DNA of 64,000 bases from Acidimicrobiales bacterium (GTDB taxonomy: Bacteria; Actinomycetota; Acidimicrobiia; Acidimicrobiales; Bog-793), in contig JBEKBT010000015.1 of assembly GCA_050015255.1 (NCBI GenBank), positions 3,117-67,116 of the forward strand, given 5' to 3'. A model generated the notes under the pieces. It saw only the letters and a list, made by a program, of their open reading frames with translations. It had not been told where the DNA came from and ran no database searches. Positions 28,343 to 36,862 of this stretch are shown in pieces. Position 1 is the stretch's first letter. Every line of letters starts with the position of its first letter. Made by a program: the position numbers and the translations under genes.

Positions 28343-29128
28343 ATGCGAGTACTCGTCACCGGAGCCGGAGCCGGCGTCGGCAAGGCCACCTCGGCGTTGC
28401 TCGCCGCCCGCGGGCACGAGGTCATCGCCACCGCCCGGGACCTGGGCACGCTCGACGACCTCGACGTGGCAGGCCGGCTTCACCTGGATGTGACTGACGC
28501 GATGTCAGTGGGCGCAGTCCGCCGCGAGCTCGGCTGGGTCGATGCCCTCGTGAACAATGCCGCTATCTCCTTCGACGGTCCGATCGAGCACGTCGCGATG
28601 GAACACGTCCAGCAGATGTTCGAGACGAACGTCTTCGGACCGGTTCGCTTGATCCAGGCTTTCGTCCCCGGCATGCGCGAACGCCATTCAGGCGTCGTGG
28701 TCAATGTCTCCTCGGTGGCCGGGCGGGTCGCGCGACCCCTCGATGGCTACTACTCGGCCACCAAGCACGCCCTGGAGGCCATCTCGGAGGCCCTGCATGT
28801 CGAACTGGCCCACTTCGGCGTGCGGGTGGTCATCGTCGAGCCCGGCTTCATCGGCCCAGGCATGAAGGTGTACAGGCCCGCCGAGGCGCCGGCCGCCTAC
28901 GACGAGCTCGAGGCTCAGCTGACCCAGGTGGCGAGCAAGATGCAAGGCGGCGCCCGCCCTGGCCCGGACGTCGTGGCCAAGATGATCGCCGATGCCATCG
29001 ACAACGACGACGGGCCGTTGCGGCGGCGCGTCGGCGACGACGCCAACCTGATCCTGTCGGCGCGGAGCACCCTCGGGGACGAGGAATTCGAGACGGCCAT
29101 GCGCGAGGTCGCAGGTCTTACCTGGTAG
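28343..29128 (+). CDS. short-chain dehydrogenase/reductase
   Basis: Cofactor motif VTGAGAGVG, plus NNAA and the catalytic YYSATKHAL. The start is the ATG at 28343, or the GTG at 28334. Confidence 0.8.
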   Translation: MRVLVTGAGAGVGKATSALLAARGHEVIATARDLGTLDDLDVAGRLHLDVTDAMSVGAVRRELGWVDALVNNAAISFDGPIEHVAMEHVQQMFETNVFGPVRLIQAFVPGMRERHSGVVVNVSSVAGRVARPLDGYYSATKHALEAISEALHVELAHFGVRVVIVEPGFIGPGMKVYRPAEAPAAYDELEAQLTQVASKMQGGARPGPDVVAKMIADAIDNDDGPLRRRVGDDANLILSARSTLGDEEFETAMREVAGLTW

Positions 29129-29135
29129 CGAGCCC

Positions 29136-29891
29136 GTGATCAAAGCCACCAACAATGGCCTGGCGCAGGGCTTTGTCTTCGACGCCTCGGCGCCCTTGCC
29201 CGAGGGCCAGGACAAGCGAGCCCTCGTGCGATCGATGTTCGACGCCATCGCGCCGCGTTACGACCTTGTCAATTGCCTGATGACCTTTGGGCTGGACGGG
29301 CCTTGGCGGCGCCGGACGATCGATCTTTTGCGACTCTCCCCCGCCTCGGTAGTCCTCGACGTCGGGTGCGGGACCGGTGACCTCGCCCGCAGCCTGCGCC
29401 GCAAGGGCCACCGGGCGGTAGGGATCGATCTCTCCCTAGGGATGCTCACCGCCGCCCGCGCAGGCGGGGCGCCCTTGATCCAGGCCGATGCCGTGGCCCT
29501 GCCCTTCGGGACCGGAGCCGCAGACGCCGTCGTGAGCGGGTTCGCCGTCCGCAACTTCGCCGACCTGAGCGAAGTCACAAGAGAGATCGGTCGCGTCCTT
29601 CGCCCTGGTGGCAGACTGGCACTGCTCGAGGTCGGCGAGCCGCCGAACCGACTGCTCAGCCTTGGACATCGTGCCTGGTTCACCCATGTCGTGCCGGTGC
29701 TCGGGGCACTGTTGTCCGACGGGGCGGCGTACCGCTACCTGCCCCGCTCGGTCGCATATCTCCCCTCGTTCCCGGAATTCGTCCGCCTGCTCGCCGACGC
29801 CGGCTTCACCGACGTCAGGCACCATCCCTTAAGCGGTGGCATCGCGCAATGCGTGACAGCCACCCGGTCCCCTGAGAGGGCGGAGCGGTGA
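29136..29891 (+). CDS. menG: demethylmenaquinone methyltransferase (UbiE/MenG family)
   Basis: Motif FDAIAPRYDLVN and the SAM motif VLDVGCGTGD. It is followed, with a 4-nt overlap, by menF. Confidence 0.85.
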   Translation: MIKATNNGLAQGFVFDASAPLPEGQDKRALVRSMFDAIAPRYDLVNCLMTFGLDGPWRRRTIDLLRLSPASVVLDVGCGTGDLARSLRRKGHRAVGIDLSLGMLTAARAGGAPLIQADAVALPFGTGAADAVVSGFAVRNFADLSEVTREIGRVLRPGGRLALLEVGEPPNRLLSLGHRAWFTHVVPVLGALLSDGAAYRYLPRSVAYLPSFPEFVRLLADAGFTDVRHHPLSGGIAQCVTATRSPERAER

Positions 29892-31174
29892 GCCGCCGAG
29901 CACCCCGACTCTGCTATGCCACGTACCCGATCGAGGCGGGTGCCCTGGCTCGGTTGCGAAGGCACGCGCACGAGACAGGACGAGTCATCGAGCGCGACGG
30001 GCTGATGGTTCTCGGTTTCGGGACGGCAGCTGCCCTCGAGCTTGCCGGCGGCCTGACGGACCCGTCCAGCCTCGCGCGTGCGCTGGCAGCTCTGAGAGCC
30101 ATCTCTCCCGCTGCAGGGCCGCCGAGCCCGGCGCCCGTTCCCCTCGCGCTCGGAGCGCTTCGCTTCGACCGACGGGCCGACGCTGAGCTCGTGGTCCCCG
30201 AGCTGACAGTCATCGCCGCGGCCGGGCACTCGCCTACGGCGCTGGTCGTCGGATCGCCGGATCGTGTCGATGAGCTGCTCGCCGAGATGTCCGCTGGGCT
30301 CCCGGAGATGGTCACGTCCACACATGAGGGTACGTCCGCACCGCCTGACGAGTTCCGGCTCGCATCGGCTCGGCCACATCAGGACTTCTTGAACCGGGTC
30401 GGCGCTGCGCTGGCCGAGATCGCCAGCGGGCGCCTCGACAAGGTCGTCCTCGCCCGCGAGGTGACCGTTCACGCGAACCGGCCGTTTCGTCAGGCCGACC
30501 TCCTCGGGCGCCTCCGGGCGCTTCATCCGTCGTGTGCCGCCTTTGCCATCGACGGCTTCATCGGAGCGACGCCCGAGCTCCTCATCCGTCGGAACGGTGC
30601 CCGGGTCGCCTCGCAACCCCTCGCGGGGACAGCGGCGCGCAGTGGGGACCCGGACGCCGACCGCAGGGCCGAGGCGACACTCCTGGCATCTGCCAAGGAG
30701 CGTTCCGAGCACCGGGTCGTGGTCGACGCGATCGCGTCGGCGCTGGCCCCTGTGGTCGAGCGGCTCGATGTCCCCGACGAGCCGGCGATTCTCGAGTTGC
30801 GCAATGTGAGCCATCTGAGCACCCTGGTCACCGGCGCTCTCGCCGAGCGCGATGGCGACTACCCGAGCGTGCTCGAGCTCGTCGCTCTGCTTCATCCCAC
30901 TCCTGCTGTGGCGGGGACACCGGTTGACCTGGCACTCGACTACCTCGCCAAGCTCGAGGAGATCGACCGGGACCGCTATGCAGGCCCGGTCGGCTGGATC
31001 GACGCCCGAGGCGACGGCGAGTGGTACCTCGGGATCCGCTCGGCAATAGTGGCGGGATGCTCGGCGAGGCTATTCGCCGGGGTGGGCATCGTCGCCGATT
31101 CCGACCCTGCGGCAGAACTGGCCGAGACCCAGCTCAAGCTTCAGGCGTTTCTCGCCGCTGCCGTCCGTCCTTGA
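29888..31174 (+). CDS. menF: isochorismate synthase
   Basis: Chorismate-utilising enzyme core (GATPELLIRR, SAKERSEHRVVVD, LHPTPAVAGTP, RDRYAGPVGW, GVGIVADSDP). Confidence 0.85.
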   Translation: MSRRAPRLCYATYPIEAGALARLRRHAHETGRVIERDGLMVLGFGTAAALELAGGLTDPSSLARALAALRAISPAAGPPSPAPVPLALGALRFDRRADAELVVPELTVIAAAGHSPTALVVGSPDRVDELLAEMSAGLPEMVTSTHEGTSAPPDEFRLASARPHQDFLNRVGAALAEIASGRLDKVVLAREVTVHANRPFRQADLLGRLRALHPSCAAFAIDGFIGATPELLIRRNGARVASQPLAGTAARSGDPDADRRAEATLLASAKERSEHRVVVDAIASALAPVVERLDVPDEPAILELRNVSHLSTLVTGALAERDGDYPSVLELVALLHPTPAVAGTPVDLALDYLAKLEEIDRDRYAGPVGWIDARGDGEWYLGIRSAIVAGCSARLFAGVGIVADSDPAAELAETQLKLQAFLAAAVRP

Positions 31175-32021
31175 CGCCGGAGGCGAGCGCCGAGTAGCGA
31201 TGCACGATCTCGGCGACCTTCTCCGGCTGGTCGAACGGGAGCAGGTGGCCACCGGCCATGACGACAAGCTCTGCGCCCGGTACGCGCCCTGCGAGCGACC
31301 GCGCCGCGGAGACGGGCACGATGCGGTCCGACGCCCCGGTCACAACCGCTGTCGGAACCGCGATTCGTCCGAGCGCACGCTCCAGCTCCGGCGTCTCGGC
31401 CAGGAGCGCCCGCTGCTCGACGAGGAAGCTTTGCCTCGACCTGCCGACCATCGGGCGTCCGTCGCTTCCGATCGCCGCCTGCAAGGTGGGAAGCACCAGC
31501 ACCTTCTTCGCGACTCGGGCGTCAGGATGGCGCTGCGAATAGCGCGTGGCCGTGATCAAAGCGCGCCGGAGAGCGGCAACCCCGGCCCGGAGGATGCCTT
31601 CTCCTATCATCGGCACGACGAGCAGGCGATCGAACCCCGACAACGCCCCGGCGACGCCGATCGAGCCGACCAGCACGAGGGCGCCGACGCGCTCGGGATG
31701 CGTCAAGGCGAGCTCTAGCGCAACGCCTCCGCCGAAAGAGTGGCCGACGACAGTCAGGGGGCTTTGCGCCTCGACGCCTTCGAGCAAGTCCTGCAACGCT
31801 TCCGCGTTCGCCGCCATGCCCATCGCCGGGCGAGGGTCCGATCCCCAACCTGGCCGGTCCGGCGCGAGCACCCGATGGTCCGCCGACAAGAGCTTCGCAA
31901 GCGCCACCCAGTCCCCTCCCGCGCCCGGCTGACCATGAACCAGGACTACGACGGGGCCCTCACCTGCATCGATTGGCACCCTCGATCCGCCGGCGGGGGC
32001 TCGCATGCCGCCCTTTCTCAC
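31134..32021 (-). CDS. alpha/beta hydrolase (a MenH-type role is possible from context only)
   Basis: Motif VVLVHGQPG and the nucleophile elbow GHSFGG. It converges on menF with a 41-bp overlap. Confidence 0.7.
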   Translation of the reverse strand: MRKGGMRAPAGGSRVPIDAGEGPVVVLVHGQPGAGGDWVALAKLLSADHRVLAPDRPGWGSDPRPAMGMAANAEALQDLLEGVEAQSPLTVVGHSFGGGVALELALTHPERVGALVLVGSIGVAGALSGFDRLLVVPMIGEGILRAGVAALRRALITATRYSQRHPDARVAKKVLVLPTLQAAIGSDGRPMVGRSRQSFLVEQRALLAETPELERALGRIAVPTAVVTGASDRIVPVSAARSLAGRVPGAELVVMAGGHLLPFDQPEKVAEIVHRYSALASGVKDGRQRRETPEA

Positions 32022-32782
32022 CTGAACGAATTCAACGACGGCGCGCTCCGCGCAGCCCTAACGCCTCGAAGCCGGTCGAGGACCCGCTGCGCACCCCACC
32101 GCGTGACGAGAAACAAGGCCTCGACCACAGTGTAGGTGGACATCTTGGAGGTCCCGAGCTCCCGGTCCACGAAACGGATCGGCACCTCCAGGATCCTCGC
32201 GCCCACCTCCGTCGCGCGGTAGGTCATCTCGATTTGGAAGCCGTAGCTCTCCGCCCGGACCGAGCGCAGGTCGATGCGCTCGAGGACGCTCGCCGCGTAT
32301 GCGCGGAAACCAGCAGTCGAGTCCCTCACGTCAAGGCCGAGCATGAGATCCGCGTAGATGTTGCCGCCCCGCGAGAGCATCCGACGCGGCAGGCTCCAGT
32401 TCGGTATCGAACCGCCGTGCACATACCGTGAACCGATGCACACCTCGTACCCCTCGCCAAGTGGGGCGACGAGGCTGGGAAGGGCGCCCGGGTCGTGGGA
32501 GAAGTCCGAGTCCATCTCGACGAAAGCCTCGTAGCCTCGCTCGAGACCCCACCGGAACCCGTCGCGATAGGCGCTCCCGAGGCCGAGCTTTGCGGGCCGG
32601 GACAGAACCTCCACGTTGCCCGATCGCTCACCGACGTCCATGACGATCTTGGCCGTCCCGTCAGGGCTACCGTCGTCGACGACGAGTATCGAGGCGTCCG
32701 GCAGCGCCGCCCGTACCCGAACCAGGACGTTCTCGATTGTGGCAGCTTCGTTGTAAGTAGGCAGCACAACAAGGACGCGCAC
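32018..32782 (-). CDS. ppm1: polyprenol-phosphate mannosyltransferase (GT2, Ppm1/DPM1-like)
   Basis: Motifs VVLPTYNEA, VVDDGSPDGT and EMDSDFSHDP. Confidence 0.85.
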   Translation of the reverse strand: MRVLVVLPTYNEAATIENVLVRVRAALPDASILVVDDGSPDGTAKIVMDVGERSGNVEVLSRPAKLGLGSAYRDGFRWGLERGYEAFVEMDSDFSHDPGALPSLVAPLGEGYEVCIGSRYVHGGSIPNWSLPRRMLSRGGNIYADLMLGLDVRDSTAGFRAYAASVLERIDLRSVRAESYGFQIEMTYRATEVGARILEVPIRFVDRELGTSKMSTYTVVEALFLVTRWGAQRVLDRLRGVRAARSAPSLNSFR

Positions 32783-32805
32783 CCCTGCAGCCTAGGGGGA
32801 AACCG

Positions 32806-33963
32806 TCAGGGAGCGACGCCGGCTGGCTGCGAGGACTCCGGAGCGTCTTCCGGCTCGACGGCGTGGTGCTCGGCCCACAGGTCCTTCGCGATCACCTGGA
32901 TGGCGCTCGCGGTGGGAACAGCCAGCAGCGCCCCGACGAGGCCGCCGAAAGTGGACCCGACGATGTCGCCCAGCTCGACGCCCATCAGGATTGCCAGCAG
33001 CACCCAAAGGGGGTTCAGGCGCACTGTCCGGCTCATCACGATCGGATTGAGGATGTGGTTCTCGATCTGCTGGTAGACGAGGAAGACGGCAAGTGTCACC
33101 AGGCCTGCAAGCAGCGAGTGCAACAGGGCGACGCCGACGGTCGGCACTCCCGCCAGGAGCCCGCCCACTAGCGGGAGGAAGTCGACGACACCCACCCAGA
33201 TGGCGAGCACTCCGGCGTAAGGTACGTCCATCACCCGCAGCGTCGCGAAGACGACCACGCCGGCGATCATCGAAGTAGCGAGGTTGCCCAGCATGTAGCC
33301 GGCCACGGCACTGCCTACGTCTTCCAGCATCTTGCGGACACGAATCGACCGCTCCGGCCGCATCCCCTCGAGCACGCCGCGAACCATCTTCGGCATCTCG
33401 AGCAGGATGAAGAACGTCAGCACACCAACGGTCGCAAGGGCGACGATGCCACTCACGACCGTCTTGCCGACGGCGAGGGCAGGACGGCCGAGACCGGTGA
33501 TCAGGGTCTGGAGCTTGGGGACGTTCTTCTTGACGTAGCTCACCAGATGCAGGCGTTTGATGAGGTGCCCGATCTGTCCCCTGCCGTGCTGGGCCTGACG
33601 GACGAGGCTCGGCAGCTCCTTGGCGAAGTTGGAGGCGGATGTGTAGACAGGATGCACGAACAGGTAGATCACCGCTGCCGAGAATGCGGCCGATACGAAG
33701 AACACCAAGGCCGTCGCCATTCCCCGGCGGATCCCCCGGCGCTCCACGAAGCTGACGATGGGATGCAAGAGCGAGCCGATGAACAGCGAGACGACGATCA
33801 GCAGGACGATGACGCGAAGGCGCCACAACAAAGCGACGCCGATGCCGGTCACGACCACGACGCTCGTGACGATGAAGGCGACTCGAGCCACCTGACGGTC
33901 GTGCACGCGCTTTTGCTTGGCGGGATCGAGCTCCGGGCGCCCTGTCTGCTCGGCCATCGTCAC
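32806..33963 (-). CDS. AI-2E (PerM/UPF0118) family transporter
   Basis: 385-aa polytopic protein with the family C-terminal motif VYQQIENHILNPIVMSRTVRLNPLWVLLA. Confidence 0.8.
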   Translation of the reverse strand: MTMAEQTGRPELDPAKQKRVHDRQVARVAFIVTSVVVVTGIGVALLWRLRVIVLLIVVSLFIGSLLHPIVSFVERRGIRRGMATALVFFVSAAFSAAVIYLFVHPVYTSASNFAKELPSLVRQAQHGRGQIGHLIKRLHLVSYVKKNVPKLQTLITGLGRPALAVGKTVVSGIVALATVGVLTFFILLEMPKMVRGVLEGMRPERSIRVRKMLEDVGSAVAGYMLGNLATSMIAGVVVFATLRVMDVPYAGVLAIWVGVVDFLPLVGGLLAGVPTVGVALLHSLLAGLVTLAVFLVYQQIENHILNPIVMSRTVRLNPLWVLLAILMGVELGDIVGSTFGGLVGALLAVPTASAIQVIAKDLWAEHHAVEPEDAPESSQPAGVAP

Positions 33964-34104
33964 AAGTCAACTCCATGCACGGCGGCCAAAGGGTGATCCT
34001 GACACGCTGACATCGGCCCGGGGCGCTCGGCGCGCCTTGCTTTTCCTGCGCGGAACCTGCCCTTCGCACAAGGTTCGCCCACTTCGCCGGTCGCGCCTGC
34101 AAGC

Positions 34105-35343
34105 ATGGACGGGATGGCCGACCCGCCTGAGCCCGACGGCCAAAGAGCCGGCAAGAGCTCGCCGGACCATCGTCGCAATCTTCTCGGATGGATACCCGGG
34201 CCACTGCGGCACGGCCTGACTTTCTTCGTCCTCCTCCTCGTCGTCGAGTACGTCCTCATCCCGAGTTTCCTTCACTCCAAGGCACGTTCATCGCTGAGCC
34301 AGCTCGGTCGCGTCAATGTCGTGTGGCTCCTCGTCGGCTTCGTCCTCGAGGCGGGAGCGCTCGCCGCCTATGGGCGCCTGACCCAGTCCGTGCTGCCGAA
34401 AGACGGGCCGTCGTTCTCAAAGGTGCTCCGTATAGACCTGTCCACGCTCGCAGTGAGCCATGTGATCCCTGGCGGCACCGCCGGGGGCACCGGCCTCGGC
34501 TACAGGCTGCTCACCTCGAACGGCGTAAGTGGCGCCGATGCGGGTTTCGCGCTGGCGACCCAGGGGATCGGGTCGGCCGTCGTCCTCAACGCCATGCTCT
34601 GGATGGCCCTTGTGATCTCGATCCCGCTCCACGGCTTCAACAGCGCCTACGTCACCGTCGCCGTCGTCGGTGCCGTGCTGCTCACCGCCTTCGGCGCCCT
34701 CGTTCTCTTGCTCACGCGGGGCGAGGCTCATGCCACCCGGGCATTGCGCTTTCTTGCCAGGCGGGTCCCCTGGGTCACCGAGGAGCAGATGGAGAGGCTC
34801 GTCCAGAGTCTCGCCAACCGGTTGAGGACACTGGGCTCAGACCGGCACCTGCTCCGGGACGCAGTCTCCTGGGCAGCGGCCAACTGGCTCTTCGACGCCG
34901 CCTCGCTCTGGGCTTTCATCGCAGCCTACGGTCACCTCACCAGACCCATCGACCTCTTCGTCGCCTATGGCGTGGCCAACGTCCTCGCTTCAGTCCCGCT
35001 CACTCCGGGCGGCCTCGGCATCGTCGAGGCGGTAGCCGCGACCTCCCTGACCGGCTTCGGCGTGCCTGCCGCAATCGCGTGGCTGGGTGTGATCTCCTGG
35101 CGCCTGTTCAACTTCTGGCTGCCGATCCCTGTCGGTGCCGGTTCCTACCTGTCCCTTCGGGTGCGGCGTGGCGCGGGTCTCAGAGAGCGCCGGGACGCTC
35201 TCGAGGGCATGACCAGGACGAGCGAGCCCCTCGCCGGAGGCGACTCGCCGGCCGGCAAGGAGCCGTCCGTCAAGCCAGACCAGCCTCCTCGGACCCCAGG
35301 ACCTGCATCTCCTCCGGCCCAGTCGGCACCACCTCAAAGCTGA
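34105..35343 (+). CDS. flippase-like / lysylphosphatidylglycerol-synthase transmembrane-region (UPF0104) family membrane protein
   Basis: 412-aa polytopic protein with motifs VSHVIPGGTAGGTGLGY and PLTPGGLGIVEA, and a Pro-rich C-terminus. Confidence 0.7.
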   Translation: MDGMADPPEPDGQRAGKSSPDHRRNLLGWIPGPLRHGLTFFVLLLVVEYVLIPSFLHSKARSSLSQLGRVNVVWLLVGFVLEAGALAAYGRLTQSVLPKDGPSFSKVLRIDLSTLAVSHVIPGGTAGGTGLGYRLLTSNGVSGADAGFALATQGIGSAVVLNAMLWMALVISIPLHGFNSAYVTVAVVGAVLLTAFGALVLLLTRGEAHATRALRFLARRVPWVTEEQMERLVQSLANRLRTLGSDRHLLRDAVSWAAANWLFDAASLWAFIAAYGHLTRPIDLFVAYGVANVLASVPLTPGGLGIVEAVAATSLTGFGVPAAIAWLGVISWRLFNFWLPIPVGAGSYLSLRVRRGAGLRERRDALEGMTRTSEPLAGGDSPAGKEPSVKPDQPPRTPGPASPPAQSAPPQS

Positions 35344-36853
35344 TCGGGAGCTCGAACAGCTCCTGGAACAGCATCTTCTTGCGCTGCAGCATCCACCGTT
35401 CGAGCTCGGCGTCGCCTCTCGCGCTGACAATGATCTCGACCGCCGCCCGACTGAGCTCGACACCGACATGGCCGACGACCGAGTCGTGCGAGGCGTCGAG
35501 CCCGTCTGCGATGCGCAGCATGGAGAGCAGCTTCGTCACCCGATCGCGATCCTTGCGCTCCAGGCCCTCCCAGGCTTGGAAGGACTCACGCGGCCGTCCC
35601 CTCACGTGGTAGCGCCCGAGGCACGACAGCATCTTGATCTCCACAGGCGAGAATCCCCGCAGGTCGCCATTCTCTATGAGATAGGCGCTGTGGCGGGCGT
35701 GCCCGTCGCGGCTCACGTGCTCGCCTATGTCGTGAAGCAGTGCGCCGAGCTCGAGAAGCTCCCTGTCCTCGGCGTCCAGCCCGTGCAAAGTGACGGTCGA
35801 GTCGAACAGCTCGATCGCCAGCCGCGCGACCTGGCGGGAATGAGCCTCGGGCCACCTCGATCTGAGGCACAAGGACATCACCGAGGCCCGTCGGATCGCC
35901 CGTGGGTCGTTGCTGAACTCCACGCGGTCGTGCTTCGAGATGGTCGAGATGACGATCCCCTCCCGGAGCCCCCACTCCGACACGGTCAGCTCGCGCATCC
36001 CCGTTCGCTCCATGAGCACCTCGGCAACGGCGGCACCTGCCGGCAGGAGCTCTGCCCGCCGGGCGTCGATGCCAGGAAGCCGGGCGCGTTCGCAGCTCGG
36101 CAGTTCGTAGATGACCTCTCCCAGTGCGGCGAGCTCACGGGCAGTTACCGTCAGCTGATTGACAGAATACGGCACGTTGCCGTCGCGCATCGCGGCCGCG
36201 CCTCGGGCCAGAGCGCAGAGCGTGCCCGAGGTCCCGACCAACAGCTTCGGCCCGCAGGCGACGACGTCCTCGAGCACTTCGTCGAGCGACTTGGAGATCT
36301 GCTCTCTCAGTCGCGCACGGTCCTTCCTGCTCGGCGGGTCCGTGCGCACGAACTCGGTCGTGAGCCTTCCGACGCCGAGGTGAAGGCTCGCCGCGTACGT
36401 GAGGCCGAACCGGTCACCGACCGAGAGCTCGAGACTCCCACCACCGAGATCCGCGCAAAGGGCCGGGCTCGGGTCGATGAGCACGCTCCCCCGCACAGCG
36501 TCGAATATCAGCTGCGCCTCGCGGATCCCGCTGACAACCTGGATCTTGACACCGGTGGCCGCTTCGATCCGTTCGGCGGCCTCGGGCCCGTTGGCGGCCT
36601 GGCGCATCGCTGCAGTGGCCATGGCGACGACCTCGTCGGAATGCTGCACGTCTGCGATCGTCCTGAACCGCCGGACCGTGTCGATGGCCGCCTCGATGGC
36701 GTCTTCGGTCAGGCGGCCTTCCCGTGCGACGACATCGCCCAGTCGCAACATCTCCTTCTCGCGGGCGAGCGGCAAGAAACTGCCGTCTGGCCGGGTCTCG
36801 ACCACCAGGAGATGGAACGAGTTGCTGCCGAGGTCCAGCGCAGCAATCCGCAC
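35270..36853 (-). CDS. ppx: exopolyphosphatase / pppGpp phosphohydrolase (Ppx/GppA) with a C-terminal HD domain
   Basis: ASKHA N-terminus (IAALDLGSNSFHLLV, DLGGGSLE) and an HD motif (LHDIGEHVS). It lies directly downstream of ppk. Confidence 0.88.
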   Translation of the reverse strand: MRIAALDLGSNSFHLLVVETRPDGSFLPLAREKEMLRLGDVVAREGRLTEDAIEAAIDTVRRFRTIADVQHSDEVVAMATAAMRQAANGPEAAERIEAATGVKIQVVSGIREAQLIFDAVRGSVLIDPSPALCADLGGGSLELSVGDRFGLTYAASLHLGVGRLTTEFVRTDPPSRKDRARLREQISKSLDEVLEDVVACGPKLLVGTSGTLCALARGAAAMRDGNVPYSVNQLTVTARELAALGEVIYELPSCERARLPGIDARRAELLPAGAAVAEVLMERTGMRELTVSEWGLREGIVISTISKHDRVEFSNDPRAIRRASVMSLCLRSRWPEAHSRQVARLAIELFDSTVTLHGLDAEDRELLELGALLHDIGEHVSRDGHARHSAYLIENGDLRGFSPVEIKMLSCLGRYHVRGRPRESFQAWEGLERKDRDRVTKLLSMLRIADGLDASHDSVVGHVGVELSRAAVEIIVSARGDAELERWMLQRKKMLFQELFELPISFEVVPTGPEEMQVLGSEEAGLA

Positions 36854-36862
36854 GGCCGGAGC